Virus record (IMG/VR): IMGVR_UViG_3300025389_001063
Direction: 5' to 3' (one strand)
Length of the DNA: 64,000 bases
Source of the DNA: a virus
Lineage: Duplodnaviria; Caudoviricetes
Shown: positions 10,601 to 22,400 of the stretch, one piece after another
Layout: every line of letters begins with the position of its first letter
Numbering within the stretch: the first letter of the stretch is position 1
Position numbers and translations under genes: made by a program
The notes under the pieces: model-generated
Seen by the model: the letters and a program-made list of their open reading frames with translations, nothing else
Databases searched by the model: none
What the model was told of the DNA's origin: nothing

Positions 10601-10731
10601 ATAATACAGACGATGGTCGTATTGAAGTATGGAACGGAGCATCATGGGTTTCGGCAGGTGGATCATCTATCGGTGTTTCCTATAACGATGCCCAGCAAAT
10701 TGCAGTACAGATAGCGTTAATGTTAGGATAA
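7633..10731 (+). CDS. Tail fibre/spike protein with beta-helix region, paralog of 4034..7513
   Basis: Collinear with the 4034 protein. ATG 7633 is preferred over TTG 7630 (SD GAGGAG at 7622-7627). Two PxG..RP..RYN..W motifs; C-terminal AQQIAVQIALMLG. Confidence 0.7.
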   Translation: MTVVGRISGPLLKANLLRDGVNLAFETSLLYLDVNNRRIGINTSSPTHDLHVNGTLRTTNIDGLTSLTVGANFLLSGNTLSTSGSTLTLSSTSGGVIYQNNLTVSEINIQSNIISTNTTNTDLQLVANGTGKISVYSDMLVQGNIHATGNITADGNIIIGNQPSDIVTFNADIASNIIPKTTNTYDLGSTSNRWNNLWTNTINANTISTTSLTINGINILQGQGNILYVATNGSNSNNGISQNSPYATLQYALSQATSGTTVYIYPGTYQEILPLSIPSGVSIKGIEPNTVIITPTPSTSSNDVFLIDGQTTVEDLTIKNFYYNSSANTGYAFKLKNGFKVTTKSPYIRNVFVITSGSVTSNSDPKGFLTGDAGKGIYFDGSVADSTSNYVSCLVDSTNFITPGVDSITATNGVRLEIVNSNTYYSNRGIYAYVSSSQGRAGNAYTVLRVSGATGSYSVGSTISYYVSGSVVATGTIYSIGTDGKIYISGYSPGFVQATTVNGILQTQDIRFSTGATAQYITLADYRNFGAEIRAVGSGNFYGNYGVVGNGIGVYIDLLTQSVFYVGSGNNDSNDPTTAIQANEIVSLNNALIVYTDTNHNGDFRVGGLFYVNQETNDVAFNNVNLRVNGPYGITLVNGSNSSSITPYQITTGNLTVANNTISSTSGNINLSAANNTINLQNDTYVTGSLTVSGTTNINGNITLGSSSSNTINFVGSIASDLIPLANNTYNLGNSSYSWSNIYAKTANISNVNITNNNIQTISTGSNLYLSGNGTGSVNIGSFSINQNTISVSSSNDFIITPGTGKIVNISSTGSLQLPSGTSLQRPTAVAGMIRYNTDNHNYEGYNGSNWIVLNGLYDVAQTTYITPELTPGAGDQTFRFYIGNTQVADLNSTRFNVNGVTVGNTYISNNVIGTTSNTDLTINSSSGNINIEYFRINGSSITNTVSNSITTISQSGTGYFKISGTGGFVIPSGNSLGRPSVPEIGFSRYNTDDGRIEVWNGASWVSAGGSSIGVSYNDAQQIAVQIALMLG

Positions 10732-10735
10732 AAAT

Positions 10736-11065
10736 ATGGCAACAACATTTTTAACTTCAGTAGTACCAAATATCGGAACAAGCTCAACAACATTAGTGTC
10801 AGCAGCATCAAACGTTTCGATTACTATTATTGGTTTAAGTTTAGCTAACACTACAGAAAGTTTAGTTAAAGTAAGTGTTACTCTTACAGATGCTTCTAGT
10901 CACACAGGATACTATATAAAAAATGTAATGGTACCTCCAAGAACCAGTATGAAAATTGTAAATGGCGGTGAAAAATTAATTTTAGGAGCATCAAATGTAT
11001 TGTCGGCAATAGCAGATAGTCCGACATCTATAGATGCTATTGTTTCTTATGTGCAGATAGTATAA
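10736..11065 (+). CDS. Small beta-rich virion adaptor-like protein (109 aa)
   Basis: Same pattern as 3179..3523; directly follows a large fibre gene. Confidence 0.65.
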   Translation: MATTFLTSVVPNIGTSSTTLVSAASNVSITIIGLSLANTTESLVKVSVTLTDASSHTGYYIKNVMVPPRTSMKIVNGGEKLILGASNVLSAIADSPTSIDAIVSYVQIV

Positions 11066-11076
11066 GGATATAGAAC

Positions 11077-11448
11077 ATGACTGATTATTTTCTTGGTGGT
11101 AATGCAATAACTCAAAATGATTTATTAGGTGGACAACCTAGATATTTCTACGGGTTAAGAAGAACAGATCAAGGTGATCTTTATTTTGTTAGAATTGATC
11201 AGTTAGAACAATCTGATACAATTACAATTAATAATCCTGGACCTACTTCGGGAAATTATGATCAATTTGAGTTTGGTACAGACTTCTTTGAGGGTAGAGA
11301 TGTAAATCATAATCTAGTTTATTCTAATTTAACTTATGAACAATATCGTTGGGATAATAGAAGTATGTATTATTACATTGACTCAAATGGTGAATTAACA
11401 GCAGTAATAGGACAGGTACATACATATCCTTCAGCAGGAAACGTATAA
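11077..11448 (+). CDS. Hypothetical protein, probably virion-associated (123 aa)
   Basis: Clean ORF in the structural operon; aromatic-rich (RYFYGLRR, YEQYRWD). Confidence 0.7.
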   Translation: MTDYFLGGNAITQNDLLGGQPRYFYGLRRTDQGDLYFVRIDQLEQSDTITINNPGPTSGNYDQFEFGTDFFEGRDVNHNLVYSNLTYEQYRWDNRSMYYYIDSNGELTAVIGQVHTYPSAGNV

Positions 11449-11451
11449 ATA
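11444..11451 (+). promoter_or_regulatory. T4 late promoter consensus TATAAATA
   Basis: Perfect consensus overlapping the stop of 11077..11448; a second GATAAATA lies at 11478-11485. Confidence 0.65.
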
Positions 11452-11523
11452 ATGACAACTGAATACAAAAAAATGTTGATAAATAAAAATATCAACAAAA
11501 TTTCAAGATAAAGGTATAAGAAA

Positions 11524-14500
11524 ATGGCTGAGTTTAAAATAGGAAGATTGAGATTTGTATGGCAGGGAACATGGACTACTAGTACTAGCTATGTTAAAGA
11601 CGATGTTGTTCGATTCGGTGGTAAAACATATGTATGTTTGGTAGGAAATACTTCCGGCACTTTCTATACAGATCTTGCTAGTGGTTATTGGTCATTAATG
11701 GCTGATGGATTTTCTTATCAAGGAACATGGACAACAGCAACTTCATACAAAATAGGTGACGTTGTTAGAAATGGTGGTCAATCTTATATTTGTGTTACAG
11801 GAAATACTTCCGGCGCAACTTTTGCAGGTGACTCGGCTTATTGGAATTTATTAGCAGGTGGTATTTCTTGGAGAGGTACTTGGACACCGGCAACACTTTA
11901 TAATGTTAATGATATTATTATATTTGGTGCTATTACATTTATTTGTACAACTGCAAATACTAGTTCTTCAAATTTTGCTACAGATCAATCTTCGTATTGG
12001 ACAATTTTTGCACAAGGAACTCAATTTGTTAATACATGGAACAATTCTACTCAATACTCAGCAGATAGTATTGTAACTTATGGTGGTTATACTTACGTTT
12101 CATTGCAGACTAATACAGGACAAGTTCCGCCGTCTAGCCCTAGTTATTGGTCAGTTTACACAACTGGTTATAGTAATCAAGGTACATTTAGTTACGGAAC
12201 AACATACAAAGTAGGTAGTGTTGTTCAATACGGTGGTAATACATATGTTGCTATTCTTGATAATACTAATCAGTATCCAACTAATGTTACATATTGGTCA
12301 ATAGTAGCATATGGTCTAAATGTTAGAGGAACATTTAGTTACGGAACACAATACAATCCAAACGATATTGTTGTTTATGGTGGTACAACTTACTATGCAT
12401 TACAAGCAAATATCAATGTTTATCCTTCTGCATTAGGATCAAACTGGAAGGTATTATCGTCAGGTCTTTCTAATAGAGGAACATGGTCAAATTCAACAAA
12501 TTATTTTGTTAATGATTTAGCTTCTTATGGTGCAAACATTTATATTGCTACACAAGATAATACAGGTCAAACACCAAGCACTTCAGCTTCATATTGGTCA
12601 GTATTTAATTATGGATATAACTATGCAGGAACATGGACTTCATCAACTGCATATAAATTAGGTCAGGTTATTACATTTGGTGGTTCTCTATATCAAGCAC
12701 TATCAGACAATACTAATCAAACACCGGGTAATGTAACAATAACTGTTACTGCTACAACTACTGGTACAAACTTAATTACAGCAAGTAGCACAACAGGTTT
12801 AGCAGCTAATCAGCCAATAGTATTTGCTTCTAGTGTTGGAAATCTTGTAGCAGGTACAACTTATTATATTTTATCAGGTTTCTCAGGAACACAATTTCAA
12901 GTAAGTTCTACAATAGGCGGTACAGCATTTAGTTTATCAACAGCAGGACCTGTCTCAATTAGTGCTACACAATATGGAACTACATATTGGTCAAAATTAT
13001 CTTTTGGTATTAAGAACAGAGGTACTTGGGTAACTTCAACATCATATAACGTTGACGAAATTGTAATACATGGTGCAAATGTATACATTTCATTAATAGC
13101 ACATACATCAGGTACTTTTTCATCAGATTTAAGCGCAAGCAAATGGCAAATACTTGCTAGTGGCTTAGCATGGAGAAATACTTGGGCTTCTTCTACTGTT
13201 TATTATGTAAACGACTTAGTTGTTGGTCCATCAGGATCTGTTTATATTGCACTACAAGATAATACTTCTAGCGGTACTTTTAGTACTGATTTAGGTGCGG
13301 GTTATTGGCAGATATTTGTACAATATAATTCATTCTCTCCTCCATCATACTCAACTCCAGGAACAGCATTAACAGTTGCATCGGGAGGTGCATCTCTTAG
13401 TTGGTTGAACCCAACTGGTTCTACTAATGTTCTTTATGTTGGTCCAGGTGGTGTTGATAGTGTTTCAGGTGGTTATGGTACAAGTTTAGCATTACCTTTT
13501 GCAAGTATTAGATATGCTTGTACTCAAGCAAGTTCAGGATACACAATTTTTGTCAAATCAGGAACATATAATGAATTTCTTCCAATTACTGTTCCAGCAG
13601 GTGTTGCAGTTATTGGTGATAACGTTAGAACAACATTTGTTAATCCAGTTAGCGGAACTAGCGTAACAACTACAGTTACTCAAGTTTCATCAACTGGTAA
13701 CTTAATTACAGCAAGTAGTACAGCAAGTTTCATAGCAAATGCACCAATAACATTTAGTGCTAATCTAGGTAATCTTGTTGCAGGTACTGTTTATTATATT
13801 GTAAGTGGTTTTGGTGCAACTACTTTCCAAGTAAGTTTAACATCAGGTGGTTCAGTTTTTAATCCAGGAACTGCTACAGGATCAATCAGTGCTACACAAT
13901 ACGGTGACTTAACTGGTTTAATTCCAAACAATCAATCAACAATGTTTAAACTAAGTGATAATACTTCTCTTCGTGAAATGACATTCCAGAATATGACTGG
14001 TTGGGTTCCAGGTGGAACAGCAAACGACATTACAACATCAACTCCTAAAGGTATCTATATTGGATTTAATTCAGGAGCAATTACTAGACCACCGAGTGTT
14101 TCAAATTGTACAACAAGTACGGCTTCAGGAGCAATCGGTGCTTATCTAGATGGTTCAGTAGTTACTGGATTAAAAACAGCAAGTTTCCGTTATTTTAACG
14201 TTCAAAGTGATACAGGTGTTGGTATTTGGGCTACAAATAATGCAAGACCTGAAGTAATTACAAGCGCAACATCATATTGCTATTTCAGTTATGCTGCTAC
14301 AAATGGTGGTTTTATAAGACTTAACAATTGTAAAACAAACTGGGGTACTTATGGTTTAACTTCTAGAGGTTATCTATCTTCAGAAACTGCAATTACTGGT
14401 AATGTTGTTGGACAACAATTAAACTTTACATATAACACAGGTAATATTAACGTAGGTGATACTGTTACTTCAGTAACTAGTGGTGGTACTGCTACAGTTA

Positions 14501-16401
14501 TCGGTGTCCAACTAACACAAAATAAAGTATTTGTTACTAGTGCTACAGGAACATTTAATGTTAATGACTTGCTAACATTTACTAGTGGTGGTACAGGTAC
14601 AGTAACTACAGGTGCATTAAGTAATCAAACAGGTAACTCATTTACATTGAATACTTTAACTGCACAACCTGTTGCTGGTAGTGTTATTACATTAAACGGT
14701 ACAGATTCTTATGTTGTTCAAGCAGTTAACGGAACTTGGGTTAACTCGTCAACAGTAATAACAATTCTTTTAGCATCCACTACTGTTACAACATATGCAA
14801 ATAGTACATCAGCATCTTTCCGTTCTCAAACATCAGTTGTTAAAGCAGAAGCACATGAGTTCTTCTATGTTGGTACAGGTGGTGTAACAAATACAAACTA
14901 TCCAGGAACTCCGTTATCAGGTCCAACTCCAGCAAACGAAATTGTTCAAGGATTACCTGGTAGAGTATACTACGAATCAATCAACGAATACGGAAACGTT
15001 AAAATTGGTAGTTATTTTAACGTTAATCAGCAAACAGGTGTTGCTACACTTAATCCAGCAGCATTTGCTATAACTGGTGCATCATCCTTACAACTAGGTG
15101 CAATTGGTACATTAACTGGAGCAACTATCACTAAGTTCTCTACAGATGGAACTTTAGTTAATAATAGTAGCCTTAGTGTTCCTACTGAATCTGCTGTTAA
15201 GACGTATGTTGATAATGGTCGTACAACAACACTTTTACCAAATGGTTTCAATCTCAGCAGTCTTACTAGCATTGGTATAGTTGAAATTTCAAATGACGGT
15301 GTTAACATTGTTAAGATAGATCAAAACTTAACTGCAACTACAAGAGCAGACTCAACATTTGGTACTGGTACATCATATGCAAGAGCTGCAAGTGCTAGAA
15401 CTATTGTAATATATCCAGTTAGCGGACAGACTTCATTTACAGTATGGGTAAGTGGTATTCAATACACTTATACATCAATGATAACTGGAACATACGCAAG
15501 TCTAAACAATCTTAATTACTTCTTCTTTGGACCAAGTGGTATAGTATCTTATACATCTGGAACTATTCAAGACTCATATTATGAAAGTTTAGCACTATTT
15601 GCAGTTGCAACAGGTACAGATAGCACTAACACATTTGCTGTATTTTCGAGAAAAACACTCGGAATTAATATGCCAGGTACAGTTCACCGTTATTTGATTA
15701 ACTCTACTGGTGCTGTATATAAGACTGGTTTAGGTGTTGTTGGTGCAACATCAGGTGCTACCACATATACTAATACAGTAGCAGGTTCTACCGCAGTACA
15801 AGAATTAACACATACTTTTGCATCACTATCAACTAACTATTGGTTGTATAATATTGCTGGAGTATGGACTGTAGGTACTGCTGATAATAACTTTGGTTAT
15901 TTAACAGGTGGTACTGCACAATATAACGGTTCGGGTGCATTAACAACACTCACAACAGGTCAGTACACAGTTACATATTTTATTGCTACAAGTGATAAAA
16001 TACGTGGTGGTGTTATGAAACTTGTAGGACAAAAAGTATTCACATCACTTGCCGCTGCAAGACAGTCGGCATCAACTGAACCAAGAGACACAAGTCTTGT
16101 TGGTTTACCTAACATGGATTTTGTTTGGATTGGAGCTGTAGTTATTAACTCAACGGGTGCTGTTCAGACATTAGATAACGGAACAACATATATTGATCTT
16201 CGTTATCAAATCATAAACGGCGGTGTTAATAGTTTAGGTTATCATCTGGTCAATGCAGCAGCATCAGACATTTACTATAATAATGCAACATCCGGTTTAG
16301 CAGCAACAAACGTTCAAACAGCAATTGATGCTGCTTCTTCAAGTTTGACTAGAGCTAGAAGTACATTATCACTAAATACATTATGGACAAATGCCTGGTA
16401 A
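11524..16401 (+). CDS. Large adhesin/tail spike: about 10 CBM5/12-like repeats plus beta-helix domain (1625 aa)
   Basis: Repeats of GTW..(S/T)T.Y...D.V.(Y/F)GG..Y....NT....YW. Then LYVGPGG.D...G..L..PFASIRYA...A.SG.TIFVKSGTY, as in the 4034 and 7633 proteins. Confidence 0.7.
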   Translation: MAEFKIGRLRFVWQGTWTTSTSYVKDDVVRFGGKTYVCLVGNTSGTFYTDLASGYWSLMADGFSYQGTWTTATSYKIGDVVRNGGQSYICVTGNTSGATFAGDSAYWNLLAGGISWRGTWTPATLYNVNDIIIFGAITFICTTANTSSSNFATDQSSYWTIFAQGTQFVNTWNNSTQYSADSIVTYGGYTYVSLQTNTGQVPPSSPSYWSVYTTGYSNQGTFSYGTTYKVGSVVQYGGNTYVAILDNTNQYPTNVTYWSIVAYGLNVRGTFSYGTQYNPNDIVVYGGTTYYALQANINVYPSALGSNWKVLSSGLSNRGTWSNSTNYFVNDLASYGANIYIATQDNTGQTPSTSASYWSVFNYGYNYAGTWTSSTAYKLGQVITFGGSLYQALSDNTNQTPGNVTITVTATTTGTNLITASSTTGLAANQPIVFASSVGNLVAGTTYYILSGFSGTQFQVSSTIGGTAFSLSTAGPVSISATQYGTTYWSKLSFGIKNRGTWVTSTSYNVDEIVIHGANVYISLIAHTSGTFSSDLSASKWQILASGLAWRNTWASSTVYYVNDLVVGPSGSVYIALQDNTSSGTFSTDLGAGYWQIFVQYNSFSPPSYSTPGTALTVASGGASLSWLNPTGSTNVLYVGPGGVDSVSGGYGTSLALPFASIRYACTQASSGYTIFVKSGTYNEFLPITVPAGVAVIGDNVRTTFVNPVSGTSVTTTVTQVSSTGNLITASSTASFIANAPITFSANLGNLVAGTVYYIVSGFGATTFQVSLTSGGSVFNPGTATGSISATQYGDLTGLIPNNQSTMFKLSDNTSLREMTFQNMTGWVPGGTANDITTSTPKGIYIGFNSGAITRPPSVSNCTTSTASGAIGAYLDGSVVTGLKTASFRYFNVQSDTGVGIWATNNARPEVITSATSYCYFSYAATNGGFIRLNNCKTNWGTYGLTSRGYLSSETAITGNVVGQQLNFTYNTGNINVGDTVTSVTSGGTATVIGVQLTQNKVFVTSATGTFNVNDLLTFTSGGTGTVTTGALSNQTGNSFTLNTLTAQPVAGSVITLNGTDSYVVQAVNGTWVNSSTVITILLASTTVTTYANSTSASFRSQTSVVKAEAHEFFYVGTGGVTNTNYPGTPLSGPTPANEIVQGLPGRVYYESINEYGNVKIGSYFNVNQQTGVATLNPAAFAITGASSLQLGAIGTLTGATITKFSTDGTLVNNSSLSVPTESAVKTYVDNGRTTTLLPNGFNLSSLTSIGIVEISNDGVNIVKIDQNLTATTRADSTFGTGTSYARAASARTIVIYPVSGQTSFTVWVSGIQYTYTSMITGTYASLNNLNYFFFGPSGIVSYTSGTIQDSYYESLALFAVATGTDSTNTFAVFSRKTLGINMPGTVHRYLINSTGAVYKTGLGVVGATSGATTYTNTVAGSTAVQELTHTFASLSTNYWLYNIAGVWTVGTADNNFGYLTGGTAQYNGSGALTTLTTGQYTVTYFIATSDKIRGGVMKLVGQKVFTSLAAARQSASTEPRDTSLVGLPNMDFVWIGAVVINSTGAVQTLDNGTTYIDLRYQIINGGVNSLGYHLVNAAASDIYYNNATSGLAATNVQTAIDAASSSLTRARSTLSLNTLWTNAW
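11557..13320 (+). repeat. Ten ~50-aa Trp/Tyr-rich CBM5/12-like protein repeats; repeat 8 is interrupted by an 83-aa insert
   Basis: Repeats counted by eye in the translation; insert at 12730..12978. Confidence 0.75.
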
Positions 16402-16434
16402 ATAAGGCGCAAGGATATATTAGGAGTATAATAA

Positions 16435-19400
16435 ATGACAACAGCGGCAAAATATGGCGCACAAGACTTAAACGGTAATCCATTCAATTACCAACAGTTA
16501 GTTCCACTACCAAGTACAAACCCAAGTACTACAAATACCGTAGTTAATACCAACATCACTAACAGAGCAGCATATGATGCCAGAGTTAGAGTTGCTTTAA
16601 CTAATACCCCAATTGGATCACAAGTTGTTTCAAACGTTCATGGATCGCAGTCATTTGTTGCACAACAGAGTGCAGCATCAACACTTGTTGAAACACAACA
16701 AGTTTTAACAATTGATACTGCATCAGCAATTACTAATGCATTTTCAACAGCATCATATGTTGTTACAGCAACTACTGAAAATACAAACGTTATTACAGTA
16801 TCAAGTACTGCAACATTTACAGTTGGTCAACCAGTTGTATTCAGTGCTTCGGTTGGTAACTTAACAGCAGGTACAGTTTATTATATCCTAACTATTCCTA
16901 GTTCAACAACATTTACTGTTTCTCCAATTTGGAACGGACCAGTTCAAATGTTAACTACTAGTACATTTCCTATGATTGTCCAACAAACTGTAACTAACCT
17001 GTCAGTTGGTATGCCAATTAACTTCCACGGTACTACATTTGGTTATGCTTTTTATAACATGAACTATTATGTTGCAAGTTTACCAGGTGGTTCAAATGGT
17101 ACAACATTTACTATTTCATTATTCCCAGGTGGTCCAACATTACCTTTAATTTCTGCAATTGGTACAATGTCCTGCGTTCCAGTAGTTACTCCAGTTGCTA
17201 ACCCACAAACCGCTCAGTATCCAACTGCAATGACTTCAGCAATTGCACTTAATACAACTGCTCAGTCAGGCTACTATAATACTTTACAAGGTATTACTGT
17301 AATAGCATCAACAGCATCAACTAACGTATTAACTACAGCATCATTTTCGATTACTGCATCAACTGCTGCTTCAGGTACATTAGGTTTTGGTTATTTAACA
17401 ACTAGTGGTAACGCATACCTCTTAACAGCAGGACAACCAATTGTATTCAACGCAACAGTTACTGGTTCTGCTCTTTATGCTAACATTACATATTATGTTC
17501 ACTCAGTATTAAGTTCTACAACATTTACTGTTAGTACTTCTTATAACGGTAATCCATTCTCAATAGCAACTAATGCTAGTATCAGTGGTGTTACAATGTA
17601 TCTAAGTACAAACTACCTTCAGACTAACCAGCAGATAATTTTCACTGGTACTTCTTTTGGTAATATTACTCCAAATACTCCATACTATATTTCAACAGTT
17701 CCAAGTAATAACACATTTACTGTTTCAACTTGGCCAGGTGGACCAGTATTTCCTTTAACAACTACCACAGGTACAATGGTTGCATCGGCGTTTGTTCCTC
17801 CAACAGTTCCACAACTTGTTTTTGGTAGTTCTCAAGCAGGTGTAACTCTAAACATTAGTGCTACAACTACTGGTACAAACTTAATTACTGCTACTAGTAT
17901 AACTGGTTTAGTAGCAAACCAACCAATCGTATTCAGTGCTAGTATTGGTGGTCTTATTGCTAATACAACTTACTATGTTGTAAGTGGTTTTGGTGGAACT
18001 ACATTCCAGGTAAGTGCAACACAAGGTGGTACTGCATTAAGTTTAACATCTGGTACAGGTACATTAACTGCCCAAGCATTACCATATTTTAACACTTTTT
18101 CAACAACTGTTACAGCAACTACAGCAAGTACAAACTTAATTACTGTAACAAATACATCAAACTTTGTTCCAGGACAACCAGTTGTATTTGCTTCTGCTGT
18201 TGGTGGACTTAGTGCTAATACTGTTTACTATGTATTAAACGTTTACAGTTTAACACAATTGGTTGTTTCAACAACACAAGGCGGTGTAGCATTCCCTCTA
18301 ATCACTACTACAGGTCAGTCTGTAGCAATGTCTCAAGCAACTACTGGTTTAGCAACAAACCAACCGTTGCAGTTTGCTACCGTAACAATTTCAGTTACAG
18401 CAACATCGTCAACTGGTAATTTAATTACTTGTAATAATACTGTAAATCTTGTAGCAAACCAGCCAATAGTATTCAGTGGAACAATTGGTACTATTACAGG
18501 TGGTACAGTTTACTATGTGTCAGCAGTTACAGGTGGTAGTACTACTACATTTACTATCAGCCAAACATCGGGTGGTGCTGTATACGGCATGTCCAATGCT
18601 TCAGGTTCCGTAACGGCTCAACAAGGTACATTCTCTGGATTAGTTCCAGGACAGGTATACTATGTATACAGTGTTCCTTCACTAACACAAGTTGTAGTTT
18701 CAAGCATCCATGGTGCGCCAACTCCTCTTACATTAACTACTGTAGCAGCAGGTTCTATGCTTGCTACATTCCAGTCAGTTATTCCTACAATTACACTAGG
18801 AACATCAACTGCAACTGGTACAGTTTATCCTTTAAACAACACTTATACAACTTCAACATATTCAATAAGCAGCACTACTACAACTAACGTTGTTATTGGT
18901 TCTGCAGTTCCACTTATGACAGGTCAGCCAGTTACATTCTTTATCGGTGGTTCACTTGCTAATTCGAACGGTATTGTTGCATTTGTATCAGTTACAGCAA
19001 CTACATCAGGAACTAACGTAATTACATTAGCAAGTGCTACTGGTCTTTATGTTGGTCAAGCAATTGTGTTTGGTGCTAGTGGTGGTGGTATTATTACAGG
19101 TACAGTTTATTATATTACATCGATTTCAGGTGCAAATATTACTGTATCAACAACACCATATGGTACAAACCTTACACTAACAACTGCTACAGTATCATTT
19201 ACTGGTGTTCCAACTTATTACATCACATATTATGATAACCCAACTAACTCTATACAGATATCTGCAACATACGGTGGTCCAATTGTTCCATTAACAGCAG
19301 GTATTCCAGGTAGTAGTACAGTACAACATGCAACTACTAACCTTCTTGCTGGGCAACCAATATATGTAACAGGTACAGCATTCGGTGGTACTACTACTAA

Positions 19401-22400
19401 TACTACTTACTATGTAAGAACTATTCCATCTGCAACACAGTTTACAATTTCAACTTCACCATTTGGACAGATCTCTACATTAACAGCAACAACTGGTACA
19501 ATGCCAACATTAATTGGTCCAAGACCAGTAATAACAATTCAGTCAAGTGTTTCATCAAACCAGTTAGCAACACAGACTTATGCAGTTACAGCAACTACAG
19601 CTACAACTAACTTAATTACTGTATCAAATACATTTGCTTTAACAGTAGGTATGCCAGTTGTATTCAGTGGTGCTTTAGGTAACTTAGTCAGTGGTATGAT
19701 TTACTATGTTGCAAGTATTCCAACAGCAACAGCATTTTCAGTTTCACCAACACTAGGTGGAAATACATTTGCTCTTGCTACAGCAACAGGTTCTGTAAAC
19801 GTACAACAGGCTACATCACTATTGTACATTAACCAAGAAATACAGTTCCAAGGATTTACTTATCCACTTAGTACAGCAACATCAACTGGTATTACATTTG
19901 GTACTACATATTTTATTAACAGTATTGTGTCTACTACAACCTTTACAATTTCAACAGCACAAAACGTTGCCGGTACATCTGCAACTACTGCTACTGTAAC
20001 AGGTGGTAACATAATTCTTGCTAACCCAATTGTTAATAACATTGTTGACGTATTTGCTTACACAACAAATCCTGTTACTGTAACAGCTACATCAAGTACA
20101 AGTCCAACATATTATCTAACTTGTGCTAATACAGTTAACTTAGCAGTTGGACAACCAATTATATTCACAGGTACTACATTATTAGGCGGTGTATCTGCAA
20201 ATACAGTTTACTATGTAAACTCAATTGCAAGTACTACACAGTTTAATATTTCATCTACATATGGTGGTCCAGTTGTAGCATTAACAACAGGTAGTGGTAC
20301 GATGTCAGTTCAACAAGCAACATCTGGTTACTCCGCTAACCAAACTGTTATATTGAACTCACCAACTGTAACTATTACTGGTACAAGTTCATCAGGTAAC
20401 TTATTAACTTGTAATACTACAAACAACTTAATAATTGGTCAGCCAATTGTATTCGGTAATATGGCACAAGGTACTGCTAGTATTGGTGGTGTTGTTGCTG
20501 GTACAACTTACTATGTATTAAGTACACCAAGTACAACAACATTTACAGTATCAGCTACTCCAAGTGGATCTGCACTTACTTTAACTACTACTTCAACACA
20601 GTTTGCAGGACAGCAAGGTATATTCGGTCAGCAATATAATACTAATGGTCAGAACTGGGTAGTTCAAAGTACACCAAGTTTAACATCACTTATACTTTCA
20701 AGAGTAGGTTCAAGTGTTACACAGTCTGGTTTAGGACTATTTCCACTACCAGCAGTTGCACCACTTGTAGTAACTGCTACATCAGGATCTAGTCCATATT
20801 ATATTACAATATCAAGTACTGCATCACTTACAGTTGGACAACCTGTAATATTTGTTGGTACAACATTTGGTGGTTTAACTGCTTCAGTTAACAGTCTTAT
20901 TAACCCAACTGTTTACTATGTAAATGCAATTGCAAGTTCTACTACATTTAACGTTTACACTACAACTCCAGGTACTCCAGTTGTATTAACAGGTGCTAGT
21001 GGTAACTGTATTCTTGTTCCGTTAAGTGCAACAGGTATTGCTACTGCTTATTCATACAACGTAACACCAACTCTTGCTATTGGTGCTACAACAACAAGTA
21101 CTAACATTTTAACTACACAGGCTTACAGCGTTTCACTAGGTGCATCAGGTACAAACTTGATATCAATATCAACATCAGGTGGTACAACAGCATTTGTACT
21201 TGGACAACCAATTACATTTGCTGCAAATACTGGTAGTATTACAGGTGGTATTACTTACTATATCTCTTCGATACAGTCAACTACCACATTTAGTATTTCA
21301 CAGTTCTTTGGCGGACCAGACTTGATTATTACAGGTTCCGGTAGTACTACAATGAACCAAATAACATCATTCTTACAGATTAATCAACCAGTAACATTTA
21401 CTGGTACATTATTAGGTGGTTTGACTGCTGCTTCTAACTATGCTGTAACATACTATGTAACTAACGTAGTAAGTAGTACAACATTTGTTGTCAGTACTCA
21501 GTCAGGTGGTGTAGGCACACAGTTATCACTCACAACAACAACTGCTACAGCACCAAGCTTTATGATGGCACAAGTTGGTTCTTATAGATCTCTTAGTTTT
21601 AACTCAACTAACAACGGTACTTCAGTACTGCAAACTGAAAGTTTTTCTGTAACTGCTACTGCCGCAATTAACGGTGGTCAGATGCTTGTTACAGCAAGTA
21701 ACACATTTGCAATGTATCCAGGTATGGCTCTATCGTTTACAGGTACATCGATCGGATTTTTATCAAATAACGTTCTTTACTATGTAGTATCTGTATATGA
21801 CGAAAAAAGATTTATTATTTCTACTGCACCAGTTGGGTCAATTGGTATTGCAACAAACGGTACAACTGTTCTACAGACAGCAAACGGTGTTGCACTAACA
21901 CAACAGACTACAACAGGTACTATGTCAGCTGTACAAAGTTTAGCAAGATTACAACAGAACCAAGCAGTTGTATTTTATCCAACTATTGGTGGTGTAATGA
22001 TTGCAGGCTTAACACAGGGTACAATTTACTATGTTAACCCTACATTTACTAATCCAATGAGTGGCACATTGTCAGTATCAACTACACCTGGCGGTTCGGC
22101 ATTTACATTCTCAGCAGTTAACAATACTGGTACTACGGCGGCTATGATAATGGTTCCACTATCAACATGGACTGTTGCGTCAAACGTAATGATCACACAG
22201 CCAATGCCAATTTATAGTGGTACAACATCATCAAACGTGTTCACTACTGGTAACTTAACTATTGTTACAAATACATCATACGGTACAAACTATATCACTT
22301 GCTATAGTACATCTGCACTAGCAGTTGGTATGCCAGTTGTATTTGGTTCGGCTATTGGTTCACTAGCATCTGCTACAACATACTATGTTGTTCAAATTAT

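Noticed and set aside
11452-11511. 19-codon ORF (MTTEYKKMLINKNINKISR) and an 8-bp hairpin around the second GATAAATA
   Set aside because: The ATG abuts the promoter motif with no gap, and the AT-only stem is expected by chance at this composition.
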